Source: Octopus vulgaris
Lineage: Eukaryota
Direction: 5' to 3'
DNA length: 64,000 bases
Assembly (NCBI GenBank): GCA_951406725.2
Contig: OX597825.1
Span: 8,990,001 to 9,054,000, forward strand
The notes beneath the pieces are model-generated. The model ran no database searches and had not been told where the DNA came from. It saw only the letters and a program-made list of their open reading frames with translations. The translations under genes and the position numbers were made by a program. This document shows, one piece after another, positions 1 through 13,646 of the stretch; position 1 is the first letter of the stretch; the number at the start of each line of letters is the position of its first letter.

Positions 1-1365
1 CTGTAAAAATGATTTGCTATAATTGCTATTCAATAATACAAGGCTACCTTCGTATTTAGCACAAATTATAGGCTGTTATAACTAAGTATAGTTTTCATGC
101 GTAAATTTAATATTGAAAATGATAACAACATCATGAAAGCATCTGACGTCATCACTTTCATTAAATCTGTGAAATCATTTCATAGTTCTAAGCTGTCAAT
201 ACCAAAATGCAAGGCAAACGTTGTTGAGTTTGACATAACGGATAATTAATCAAACATTTTTGAAGAGTTATTGGCTCAGGAACTAGATTTCATTAGAACA
301 TTCCATGATATATGCGATAAGAGCATAATAGTAATTAAGCTCACCAAGAGTGTCGCTGATAATTGCTTGGCCTTCATCAGACGATCCAGTCCAATTAAAG
401 CCTCTTCTGACATGGGAATAAGTAAATTCGAAAGTGTCGAGATATGCGACTCAGCGCGTATATTAATTGGACGTCCTGCATCATACGTTTCTTTCAACCG
501 TGTTTCCTTTGTTCAAGGATAGTACATGAGCTACATTTAGGTTTGCCAAACGATAGTCCTAGATATATTGAGGAATGATATTAAATAACTTTCCTTAATA
601 GAAGTAAACCTAATGCGTGTTAACTTCTGCAACTTGCCAATCTATTGAATTATTAGCACCTACTAAAACTTTGCCTTAGCGTATTGAGAAACTCGCTTAT
701 ATTAACACTGTGACATGACACCTGGATTCAGAAATTAAAATCCTAGATATGAGAGTGAGCATAACGTTTTCCAGATTGATGTCTACGAAGGAAAAATTCG
801 ATAGACTACCCACCATCATAAAAAGCAGGACATTCGAGGTACATGTTTCAAAGACGACTTTTCATAAAAACTCATGTGCCCACCAAGAAGCAACAATACT
901 CAATGTTGAGGCAAGCTTGATGTTGTACATAAGTTAATTGATAAATATTTTCCTTCTCACACATTCACATGTATGAGAAGGAAAATGTTACTATACACGC
1001 GTTATATACACATATCAATATACACGCGCTCAAAATCAATCAATGTTAACAGAAAACAGAATACAGCTTGTCAACGCAATAGATATACAAGAATTTTAAA
1101 AACAAAACAAACACTTTAGATGCCCCCAATATTCTTCTTAACACCTCCCACAAAAACACACAGGTGTACAGTACTATCCACCAGAACATTCTCCTTCTGA
1201 GATAAGACCATAGAATGAAACAAGCACTCAAAATACACAAAGTAATTAAAAGCAAGCGACAATCGAAATCCCTCCAGAAACTGCTCACTATTTCTAAAAA
1301 TTGTGGCTGCCCTAACTGCCGGAACTGGGTCAACATGATTGAAGAAAATAAATATAAATTTTAAT

Positions 1366-1443
1366 ATAAATTTACTATAAAAAGTTATATAAATTTAAAC
1401 ATAAATTTACTATAAAAAGTTACATAAATTTAAATATAAATTT
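1366..1443. repeat. Short tandem repeat, ~35-bp unit x2 (ATAAATTTACTATAAAAAGTTAYATAAATTTAAA)
   Basis: Two near-identical adjacent units read directly. Confidence 0.8.
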
Positions 1444-2441
1444 TTCCTTTAATTAAACAGGGCTACATTTATAAACACTATTTCTTGTATATCTTCATAC
1501 CCACCCCCGTTATCTTTGATAATTTTTATTATTACTAGACTAACATTCTGGCATCATTTACTTCCGTCTCTTTGTTGATTTATTCTTCAATTCATCTTAT
1601 TTTTAATTTTTCCTTGAATTGTTTCTTTCTCTTCTCCATTTGTGATCTCAGCCTTTCTATTATTGATCTTGTGCTATTATTATTTTTATTTATGTACATG
1701 TCCTTTTACTCCCTATGAGATATTTTCAAGTTTACGTTCTTCAATCATAGCACCGTTTTGTATCTAATCTTAAAAATATTCTTTATCCTAATTTATTGGC
1801 TTCGGTGATCATTTAAATTTATTTTTAGCTGAGTTGAAAAGCCAACTACATGTACTCTACGTAGCACTCTTTGCGTTTTTATACATTTGCTTATTTCTTC
1901 ACTGTCCACTGGGTCAGCTTAAGTGTAAATACCGAACTGCCTTTCATTAGCCTATCATCCTTCACCTTAGATGTTTATGTGTCTGTTATCCTTATCTTTG
2001 ATTTCATTGATTTTCCTCTATTGGTAATAAATTTTCAGTTTTTAGTAGATTCCTGCCTGTTAGATAGAGTTGCCTTGAAAACATTATTTTCGCATAAATT
2101 TGGGTTGTATTTAATTGCGCAATCAATCATTTGTGGAATTAAGGACCGATTTGTATAGTGATACATTTAAATATCTTTACGTAACAGAAACACGTGTCAG
2201 CCTTTGTATGATGTAATCCTGAATTAAAGATGTGGTATCCTTAACTTGTTTTCAGAAACGTCTTATATTTCCTGTAAACTTGTGTCTTCACACATTGGAT
2301 GTTCTATATGTGTAGTAGAAACTCGCTACTGAAAATTATATTCTTATTTTGTCTCTCAAATATTCATTGCATTAACACCACTGAAAAAAACCTAACGTCC
2401 GAATCGTTAGCTGAAACAGTTTGTTTATACATAGCATGATT

Positions 2442-2542
<101 letters not shown>

Positions 2543-5496
2543 CCAAAGATTAAAGTAATTATATACGTCCATCAACTTCTAAGAACCTCGCAATTTTTAA
2601 CAGTATGAACCGAAAACTATGTAGCAAATAATCAGTAAAAACGATGGCTTGCACGGACCATAGCGAAAACCCAAATCTCAGTGACTGAAAAAAAATGTTT
2701 GGAATACTAGTATACGTTGTATTCTAATAGGAAACATAATTACAATTACATAAACAGTTATCTGGAAACAGGAAATGTATTAAACAATGGTGTACAGAAA
2801 TAACTGTACATGTTACATAACTATAGTAATTTTGTTTTGTTTAGGTGATGTTTTGTTTGGAAGTAATGTTTTACTTTCATTGCGATCGTCAACTCCAACA
2901 CAAAGTAATAACAAGTGAAAGAAATAGATCTAAAAATGGAAATGAATAAATAATATAGACGAGAGATTGCCGAAGTGAAGCAAATATAATGGAGACAGAA
3001 AATAGGTTTTCAATGAAACGAAACTAATTTGACATGATGTCCAGTACAACTGGCTTTGTGCCAGATACCTTCGTTGATTAATAGATGTTCCTAATTGTAC
3101 AACATACAAAAGAAAAATCAACATTAGCTGTTGGGTTGTTGGCATTCTCTATTCAGTGCTTTGTACAACATATATTGTCTTCATGTGGTTTTTATTTTGG
3201 TATCTTTTAAACTCCAAGTAATCTTGTTTTTGTCATTAGAACTAAACTGTGGAAGAAGTATATGCAACGAACCTGCTTCAATATGAAATGTTCTTCTCAG
3301 TAACTCAAATATATGTATATGTGTATACGTGTGTGTTAGTGTGTTTGTGCATGTGTGTGTGCGTGTGTGTGTGTTAATGTGCGTGTGTGCGCGCGCTATT
3401 GAATATCCATTTTACAAAGATGTGTTTCTGAGTACGTAGAAACGAGTCATTAAGCTCTTCTGAGGTTCAGGCTAATATGGATGTATTTGTGCAAATGTGA
3501 ATATAAGTCTCTCTCTCACTCTCTCTCTCTTTCTCTTTCTCTCTTGTTCTCTCTCTCTCTTACTCTCTTTTTTCTCTATCTCTCTGTATATGTGTGTGTA
3601 TATGTATGTTCGATCGAATATGCCCTTTATTTCTGGTGATGAAGTTTACTGATTTATTCCTCATGAATTTGATTAGTTGAGGTTGTTCTCTCCAACAAAA
3701 GTTTGGCCTTAACTCGAAATGCCATTAGGTTCAAAATCTAACATGTGAAATCCACTTTGAGGATGCTGGTACTTAAACCTGCCATAATTTAGTTACCACC
3801 TGGAACACGGTTCTATTTTGGAGGTTGTCGCGTTCGAATCTCTCGCTTGTGGTAAAGGAAAATTAACTTGAAATGTGTTTCCGTCCATGACCATTACAAA
3901 CATTTTGTGTTGGACTCTTTATATATGTACTTGAAATAATGTCATTTCTTTTAGATTTTTCTTCAAGTACAAGCACTTCCATACACTTTGTATTTTCCGT
4001 AGACAAATGATTGGCAACAATATTTTCGAAAACAATTATTGTCTTAGAATCAGAAATTGTTTTCTCATAAAGCAGAAAATGTTGTTTTAAGAAGGTTTAC
4101 AAACTGATTTCTTGATTGAGTGATCTTTCAGTGTAAATGCATCGCCCTAAAAGGTTACTGGTGTTCTAGGGCCACTACAATAATGCAACGCACTCCCTTC
4201 ACGGGACACACCAATATTTTCATGCCACATCAGCCGGATTATTTTAAACTGTATCATGCAGCTTCATAGACCGGATTTTTGTACACTGTACATTTTGGGG
4301 ATATTGTACGTCTCGATTTCATTTAATAAACCTGCCGTTGTCATCGAAGCAACCATCGCGATGTTAGTTATTAATAGTTTGTTTATTCTAGTACTGAATC
4401 AATGGAATTCAAAAGCAACAAAATTCCCCTTCACTCATCAGCTGCCAAAGGGAAGACTTTCTGTGTTGCATTCAGCTTGACAGACGATGCAAGGTTGTAA
4501 CATTCCTGGAGAAAACAAATATTTCAAGCATTTAGGAAATGGAATACAGAATAAATTTAGTCAGTTTGTTTTATTAGAGCAAACACACCGTATGAGAATA
4601 ACTTTAGTAATTGCCCGGAGTAGTTGACTGTAATAAATGCAATAAACGTAACATTAGTTCCACACACGTTCATACTGCAACAACAATATTTAGTTGTGTA
4701 TATATAAAGCAAGAGAGAGAGTGTATGTGTCTGTGTCTGTGTGTGTGTGTGTGTGTGAATGTGTGCGTTATTGTGTATGTGTGTGATTGAATGTGAGAGA
4801 GTGAGTGAAGGAGGGACATTGATAGAAATTAGATTGAACGTGGTGGTGGTGGTTGTGGTGGTATCAGTCCCACTGGCAGAGACGCAGCTTAACCTGTACA
4901 TGCAGCATCAGTATCGGGTGTATCCTATGCGGCAGCAATAAAAGTTGTTGCAAGAATAATAGAATCTACGTAGGTGGTAGCAGTAGTATTTTTGTAACTA
5001 TATTTAGGAGTGGTTGGTATTATGTTATGACATTTGTTTCCCTGTTACATTTTGCAATCAAAAGTTGATATACGGGGAAGGACGTAACATTTAACCTGCA
5101 CGTGTCTGTATGTTCACTGAATCTTAATTGCATTCTAGTATTTAATTTGTGGTCTATGGAGAGTCACATGCTCCTTAGAGAACACACCAGTTTGCCTTAT
5201 GTAGCTCTCTCCACATTCTTACAATTTATTTGCAAAAATTAGAATTTCAAATGAATAGATGATGTTACATTTTATTGAGAAGCACTGGTTTCGTTTAAGA
5301 GAGATTTAAAAACGTATTACAGTGGCATATTCAAGATTGTTATATATGTAAACATAGGGATTCGTGGTGCATAAAGGTAGTCGTGTTTACATTCGCTCCT
5401 ATATTCCTGCTGGACGTCAGTCTGTGAGAAACGCTGGAAATGGTGAGACTATGTGATCTGTCAATTCCGGTGGCCATAGACGAGACGGTTATCAAC

Positions 5497-6201
5497 GATA
5501 TAAACACTAATGATCTGAGGGGACAAGGAGAACAAAATCTTAGGCAGGGCGTGTACCTCAAGTCATTTAAAATATTTGATTAGAGTAAGGTGAATTTGAG
5601 GTAATTAATTAATTCATTCATGTCTTACAGCCGCTTTTGAGATATATCAAGTGATAGGTTAGCATCTCCATACGCTGAGTATTCCGGACTTAAACTTTCG
5701 CGGAAGTACGGAACAACCTCTATACCTTCTGAAAGAAGTTGAGCTATAAACTTTACTCCCTTGTCTGTATTCTTTTATTTAATGTTTTACACATTATTCC
5801 TCTGTCTACTATTTTATTCCTTTATATAATGTGAATTCCTTGTCTAGAAATTTCATACATACCTTGTCTCTGATGACGGATACCTAGTGTATAGAGATAC
5901 TTACCTATCACTTAGTGTATCCCAGAAACGGGTGTAAGACATACAATAATGAATTAAATAATTAATTGATAGTTAATTACCTCAAATTAACTTTACTTTA
6001 ATTAAGTATTTTAAATGACTTGAGATACTCGTCCTGCCTTGGTTTTTGTTGTCCGTTTTCCTCTAATATATAGCAGCTAATTCGGAACCTTACTACGGAT
6101 CTCCCGCTCCAGCCGCAGCTGTAAGCTCGGAACCTAACGGACGACCAGATATAGCACTTACACAGCGTACCTATTCATTTAGATCATCAGTGAAATATAT
6201 C
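5497..6201. mobile_element. Inverted pair of PLE pseudo-LTR-like repeats (left arm ~5497-5686, right arm ~5878-6201)
   Basis: Left CTCAAGTCATTTAAAATATTTGATTAGAGTAAGGTGAATTTGAGGTAATTAA is the near reverse complement of right TTAATTACCTCAAATTAACTTTACTTTAATTAAGTATTTTAAATGACTTGAG. The right arm carries a hammerhead motif. PLE assignment is inferred from hammerhead plus inverted layout. Confidence 0.7.
5865..5941 (+). ncRNA. Minimal type I hammerhead ribozyme motif
   Basis: Stem I TGTCT/AGACA, core CTGATGA (5870-5876), stem II GGATAC/GTATCC with long loop, GAAAC (5925-5929), 4-nt loop GGGT, cleavage triplet GTA (5934-5936). Confidence 0.8.
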
Positions 6202-6347
6202 CGACATATCTCTCCCATTATATATATATATATAATTTAATATACATCGTATTTAAATAGGAGCTACTATTCATTTCCATAAAATATTTGTATATATCTA
6301 CACGCATTCACAAACACATACACACATATTAAAGAATACATATAAAT

Positions 6348-6380
<33 letters not shown>

Positions 6381-6412
6381 CACATGCATACATGTATATA
6401 CGTATATATATG

Positions 6413-6448
<36 letters not shown>

Positions 6449-6474
6449 TGTATGTATATATATATATATGTATG

Positions 6475-6532
<58 letters not shown>

Positions 6533-7313
6533 ATATATATACATATATGGATACATAAACATTCAAGAACATTTAAGAAAAGCAAGCTTTTCTCAGCAGG
6601 CATCTTTTATCAGATCCTATAACTTCTTAATCCTGAAACACGGCGAGAGACAACAAATGTGAATGTGAGGTTTAGACGTACGGAAATTTGCACACACAAA
6701 TAACGATGTATACAACCTTAAACAAACCGTAATCTCCTCTCCCCCTACCCCCCACCCCCACACCTTTCACTCCTCTCTTTTGCTCCGACTTCAAAATTGC
6801 TTCCCACAATTTTATTACATTCTTTTGAATAAAGGCAATATATTCTTCGTATATTAATTTCTATTTGTGATATATTCATGTATAGATATAATCAGTCTTA
6901 ATAAAGAGAGAAAATTTCAATATAAACAAATTTTTCTCACTGCTTTATATCGTTAGGCATTAATGAAAACTTGCTTAAAAGAGATGCTGGTGAGGAATCA
7001 ATAATATATTCATATAGTTCAGCTGTTGTTGTTGTGCATCATTGCCGTTACATATGATGCTTTGACTCTAATCTATTAAACGTTTTTGCACTAATTAGAA
7101 AAAAAAAGTGTATTTACATTGATATTGAATTAAAATTGATGAATATATTGAACGTTTTAGTGAAAGGAAAATGACGGAATACCTAGGGTAAACTTTATTT
7201 TTCATTAACTTTTGATCTTTTATGAACCTCCTCACATTTAAATATTAATTAAAAATTGAACGAAATCGTTAAACCAAAAGGTTATTCGGAAAGTTCATCG
7301 GTCATCGCGAGGA

Positions 7314-7321
7314 TGATGATG

Positions 7322-7392
<71 letters not shown>

Positions 7393-7453
7393 AAGAAGAA
7401 GAATGATAATAATAATAATGACTATAATAATCATAATAATAATAAGAAGAATG

Positions 7454-7497
<44 letters not shown>

Positions 7498-7575
7498 GAC
7501 GGTGACAATTACAATAACTACAACAATAATGATGACGATGATACTCATCATCATCATCATCGTTATAATGAGGCT

Positions 7576-7624
<49 letters not shown>

Positions 7625-7674
7625 CAGTAGCAGCACTAGCAGCAGCAGAAGCAGCAGTAGCCGTCGCAGCAGCA
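7314..7674. repeat. Compound trinucleotide microsatellite (ATA)n-(AGA)n-(ATA)n-(CAT)n-(TAG)n-(CAG)n
   Basis: Seen directly; explains the poly-I/R/L/Y ORFs. Confidence 0.97.
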
Positions 7675-10029
7675 TTTTTATTTGGCGCGAAAGGTCTCAT
7701 TAGTAAAAATACAAAAATGTATCAGGTCATGCTGGGACGTACACATACAATAATTTAGATATGGAGCAGCATCTTAATACAATATATTGAGACAGGTTCG
7801 ACACTTAATGAACAAATCATAGAAGGGAACACCCACGTTAAATAATAAACCAGAGGCTGAGATATGACATGTCTCGGCCAATTTCTAATACTATCTTTGC
7901 AAACTGGTGCCCTTGAGCATTTTCTGTGGAGTTCCAGACGAGAAGATACGCACGGCCGTGTGGTACACGAGCTTTTCAATTTAATGTATATATTATTACC
8001 GTTTTACCATTAATTTATAACATCCGTATTATTCGCCCACTCAAGCTGAAAAGTATATCTTTGCGTTTTCTAGGTTCTTTGGCAGTTTTAGAGATTATGC
8101 AATCTAAAAGGAAGATACATTATCGTTAGAGACTTACTGCCTGCACCTCCATTTATTTGATGTTTCATTTTGTAATTCCTTTTTGAGCAGCCTGCAACCT
8201 TCTCCAGACCCTATTTTTTCCCATCTTTGATTGTGTTGCTTATGATAAGGCGGCCGTAATTGCTACTGTCTTGTTTACGTCTGAATGTTCAATACCAAGT
8301 AGTACTTCACTTATGTTTTCCTATCTGTGGGACGACAACAAATATAAAATAACACATTATTGTTGTCAAGGAAACTGTAATCATTTGGTATAGACTTACC
8401 TTACTCGTGCTAAAATTGACGAAACAAATGTGTTCAGTAAAAGTCCAGTCATTTCTGCTTTCTTTATCTATGGTCGATTATCAATCAGGGTTCAAGGAGT
8501 AGGTTTAGTAATATCTAAACATTAATACTACTAATGTTAATAATAGAATAATCAATAAAAATGTATTCTGAAATCGGCACAACTACAACTGCTTTTGAGA
8601 TGGGCCATATCTCTAGAAGTAATTGCTAGACTATATTTCATCCCTGGAGAAATGACACAAAACGCTGACACTGGTAGGTTTTGAAATCACAAGGAAAGAA
8701 AAAGGAATATAAAGTGCAAAGATTTTACAGCTGGTTTGCAGATAATAGTAAGTTGCCCGCATAAATGAGTTTTGATGTTGGCAAAAGACTTGCAATTTTC
8801 AAAGGAGGCATTAGGGAATACAAACGACCCAAGTACTTGGCTTGCATTTCATTTTGTTCGCTCCAAAAAGATGAAAGACATGCATTTGAAATAAGATGGC
8901 AACGATCCAGTACAAGTACCGTAAAGCGATTTTCCGACATTACAATGATTGCCTATGTAATAATAATAATAAAACGATTTTATTTGCACGGAGCACAAAA
9001 GTCACGCTGTCGAAAAGGTGTAAGAGAGTCCAGAAACCAGCGAAATTTTAAACAGAAAGAGAAAGTAAGCTAACAGTGAAGGAAGAAGATGCTAAGAGCC
9101 TGCGCGTGCATACTCGGAGACATTGTGTTTCATAGGAGTCGGAGGATTTAGATTATGAAGTAACTCGGTGATAGACTAAAACTTAATGATTGTTCAAAAT
9201 TACTAGGCAAGTATAAGATACGGTGTCTACAGTTTGGCTTATATTCACGTCTCCCCCCTGGCTACTATCAATATATGAGGTGGCATCGTTACAGGTTCAT
9301 TGCAATGTATCCACTCGCAAATGAATTGAGGTACCGCATTTAATGTACAGTTATGTTCTTTCTCGTAAAAGGGGGCTGGTTGCAATTACCATCGATGCCA
9401 ATTGTTGACCTTTACGAAGAAAGGAAGGCACAGCCATTGATGATGCTGGGAAAGTTGAAGGACCGAGAAATAAGATGTGAAACCCACCAGATGTGAAAAC
9501 GGCCTGCAAATGGAAAATGAAAGCAGAAACAGGGGACATCCTGACTTCGGTTAAATACCGTGACACGGTGGGTACCAAGTGAATTCATTGGAAGCGACTT
9601 GGTTGTGGCTTAGTTCATTTCAGTCCATTCTCATGTTTGACACATATTAAACGCATGTTTGTTACTTGTAACAGGTTCAAGGCAGAGAGTAGAAGATTCC
9701 TTGGATTCAAAGCTCACCACAAAGACAGGTGAGAAGTTAGGATTAAATATGGGAGTGGAGGACATCAGAACTAACAATTTTTATTCGGTCATCCAATAAT
9801 ATCTTCTAGAAATATCGTGAGATTCAAGGTGTTAAAGGGTGACGAATGCAGATGATTGTGAGTCCGACGCTCTAACAATTGAGCTATACACCTTCATTTA
9901 TGTCTGTGTATGTATGTATGTATGTATGTATGTATGTATGTATGTATGTATGTATGTATGTATGTATGTATGTATGTATGTATGTGTGCGCGCATGCGCT
10001 CTCTAGGATGTTTTGCATATACCGAAAAC

Positions 10030-10137
10030 TCTCAGAAGTCATTGTTCAGTACAAATACTCACCTAAGGTCTCTCGCTAAAGATCAAGCTCGAAACCACGT
10101 GATTGCATTTCGACCTTCTTAACCACATAGCCATGCA
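10030..10137 (-). mobile_element. Highly decayed tRNA-derived SINE head
   Basis: Minus strand GCATGGCTATGTGGTTAAGAAGG is A-box-like and resembles the family A head; a CCTTAGGTGAGT CORE-like remnant follows. Confidence 0.4.
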
Positions 10138-10870
10138 TACACTGCTGGCATTTTATTTGTCAGAATAGTCTATTTGCATTTGTACAAACAATTTAGTAAA
10201 AAAAAAAAAACATATTGGCACGAATTACTTAGTAAAAACTCACTTATATTGACATGAATTGCTTAGTTAAATCTATTTGTAAAAGTAAATCCCATCGATT
10301 TCCATTGACCTCCCTTACATTTACCTATATAACCCTTAGATATTCTATCTAAAGCAGTATCCTAATCATTACTTGCATATTAATAAGGACAAGAACCAGT
10401 TTTTATTTCGAAGATCATTCTGTATGTTAGCATTTGATTCAAATATTTAATGGAGATTTATTCGAATACACACATACCCCTCGAGAACATTATTCCATTA
10501 ACGTCTTAACGTATTCTTTTGTGTTCCAGAATAAATAGAATTGCACACTTTCTATTCAATTCACACAAACACAAGATACACACACACACAGAGGCATATA
10601 TATGCATATACATATATATGTGTGTGTGCATTATAAATATATGTGCAGATAGGGAGAGAGAGAAAAAGAGGGAAGTAAAGACAGAGAGAGAGAGAGAGAG
10701 AAAGGAAGGAGAGAAAGGAGGGCGAGATGGAAATATAGACTGATAGATAGATATAGAGTGATTATAAATCAGTTTCTCTGAGCAAGCCAATGCATAAACA
10801 TACACACATACACTCATACATACTTTCGCACACATCCACACACGCACACACATATATACATATATATGTA

Positions 10871-10983
<113 letters not shown>

Positions 10984-11211
10984 TATGTATACAGAGAGAG
11001 GGAGAGAGAGGGAGAGAGAGAGAGAGAGAGAGAAGATTGATGGTTGTATGGTCTATTTATACTGGAAGTTTTCTTGTAGTTGAAGAGGCTACAAGAATTT
11101 GATGACTTTAGCACGCAGACAATGCTAGCGTCTCAACAAGCTGCACAACAGCGGGGCATTCATGGGTAGGTACATACGTATACACATAAATTCATATGTG
11201 TATTATATATC

Positions 11212-11279
<68 letters not shown>

Positions 11280-11297
11280 TTATACACACACATATAT

Positions 11298-11454
11298 GAG
11301 TGGCTGTGTGGCAAGTAGGTTGCTTACCAACAGCAAGCTGCCGGTTTCAGTCCCACTGCGTGGCTCTTTGGGCAAAGTCTTCTACTATAGCCTCGAGCCG
11401 ATCAAAGCTTTATCAGTGGATCTGGTACATGGAAACTGAAAGAAGCCGGTCGTA

Positions 11455-11455
<1 letters not shown>
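11298..11455 (+). mobile_element. SINE family A, 5' half only
   Basis: Aligns by eye to the 5' half of the copies at 24765 and 50670. Confidence 0.85.
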
Positions 11456-11493
<38 letters not shown>

Positions 11494-12354
11494 TGTTAAA
11501 CGCAGGTGTCATTCAAATTCTTTTCTTTCCGACTCATGTTTCTAAGATATCACTGTTATTATTCCAAAGGACGAAAATGTTGTAAAACAATGTAATCTTC
11601 TCTTCGGGGAAGTGAAGAAATGAAACTCATCAAGAAGACATTCTATCAGAGAATGATGGATATGTATACTTATTAAATGAACGCCATTAAGATTGTTTAA
11701 AAAAAAAAACGCTACAGAATATAGAAGTATATAACTATATTTTTATTTAATTAAAACCATATAGACTTAGAAAAAGGTATATCTAGTGAATATATAGAAC
11801 GATAGGCGGAGATGTAAATATATAACTAAATAGGTATATATATATATATATACATATAATTAAATATGGTATATATATATAATTAAATATGGTATGTATA
11901 TATATATACCCTATTTTTCAGGACCATTCACGTTTGGTTTCACAAAAGACTGATTTAGTGAATAGTGAAAATGGATCTGTCTTCATTTTTGATATATATT
12001 ACTTCATCTGTTCCATGGTTTGACCGAAATAGACCGGAATTTTGAAGAGAAAGACGAGACATGCCGTTCAGTGACATTTATATGTAATCCGAATTATGAA
12101 AGAACTGTAACTAGCAAGGATAGATATGGGTATTGTAATTGATAAATATATGCTTATTAGAGAGTCTAACATTTTGAAAATACACCTTTATATGCTTATA
12201 TATATAATATATTGTTGTAACTAAGTATATATGGAATTAGTGTACGCATATTCAGATATATCCATGTTCACACTCACTGACACACACATATATGCACTTA
12301 CATATGTTTATACATATCTATATAGCTATATCTATTTTTTTTTATTATTATCAG

Positions 12355-12545
12355 CACAAAGTCAGCGATTTCAGGGTTATTGTGTTTAGTGGATTACATA
12401 GACCGCAGTACTCAACTGGTACTTAATTAATCGACCCTGAAATGATAAGTGTAAAGTCAACCTCCGTGGGATTTGAACTCAGAACTTAAAAACAGCCGAA
12501 ATACAGCTAAGTATCTTTCCCGGTGTACTAACAAAGATTCTGCGT
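12355..12545 (-). mobile_element. SINE family C, decayed
   Basis: ACTGGTACTTAATTAATCGACCC...AAAGTCAACCTCCGTGGGATTTGAACTCAGAAC matches the copy at 32798-33028. Confidence 0.8.
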
Positions 12546-12618
12546 ATCTAATGTCACCTGAAAATTAAATAAGTTGAAAAAATGCCACGTAATAAATTAG
12601 AATCTGGGATTTCATTAC

Positions 12619-12651
<33 letters not shown>

Positions 12652-12718
12652 TACATATAGTTGAAATTTCCAGAAAAACGAAAGAAGAGAGGTGTATAAA
12701 CAACAAGCAGGGGTAATA

Positions 12719-12758
12719 GTTTGACACATGTTTCTAGTCTACGCTCTTCAACAGAAAG
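12719..12758 (-). ncRNA. Degenerate minimal hammerhead motif within a short repeat (~12660-12800)
   Basis: Minus strand: CTTT CTGTTGA A GAGC GTAG ACTA GAAAC ATGT GTC AAAC. Core has A6>T and stem II is eroded. Confidence 0.45.
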
Positions 12759-13615
12759 AAACACGAGAGGGAATAAAAAAAAAAGTGGTGGAGTTAGCGG
12801 CCAATCAAAGTGACTATATGTATATACGTGTGGGGAGGGGGTAAGAGATGAGAGTGTGTGAGTGGGTTTTTATGCATGTATATTCACATTATTTTAATAG
12901 ATAAATACGATTTCACTATGACCAAATATTTATTTACCATACTCTATATACATACATACGCACACACAGCCACACATATGTGTTTATATATATATATATA
13001 TATATATAAATATATGTGTGTGTGTGTGCGTGTCTGTGTGTGTGCGCACGCGCGTGTGTGTATGTATGTGTGCTTCACGTACTTTTAGAGGTAAACCGAT
13101 TACAAACAGGTATTATATTTAAATATACGTACACCTGACAACAGAAAATATATTATTTTCGATATGCCACATCTCATTGCTGCCAATATACTTGGGGAAA
13201 TTATAGATATACTCTGGAGATGCATACAAATTGAGTAAACAAACCGATAGTAACACTAAAACATTATTTTATAGCAAACGAGCAGCCAAGAAATAGTTGT
13301 GTGCAGAATAGTATATCAGATTTTGTTAAGTTTTAGTAAGTGTTGCATTATAGGTTTTGTGTGTACGAATCGTTAAACACGGTACTTAGTTGCTGTTGAA
13401 ATTTCAAAAACTGTCTTGAAATTACTGTTTATCCTATTTGGTCTTTTTTCCGTTAGTTTGCATATAAAATGAAGTTGCTTCCGTTAGTGTATTACATAAT
13501 GTAAAGAACACTAAATCATATACGCATGTGTGCACATATATGTACATATTCATGTATATATATGTCTATACATACATATATATATAGAGAGAGAGATAGA
13601 GCGATAGATAGATAT

Positions 13616-13646
<31 letters not shown>

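Noticed and set aside
345-385. Minus-strand CTGATGA...GACAC candidate (similar weak hits at ~4435 and ~36004)
   Set aside because: GAAA is absent and the stems are weak.
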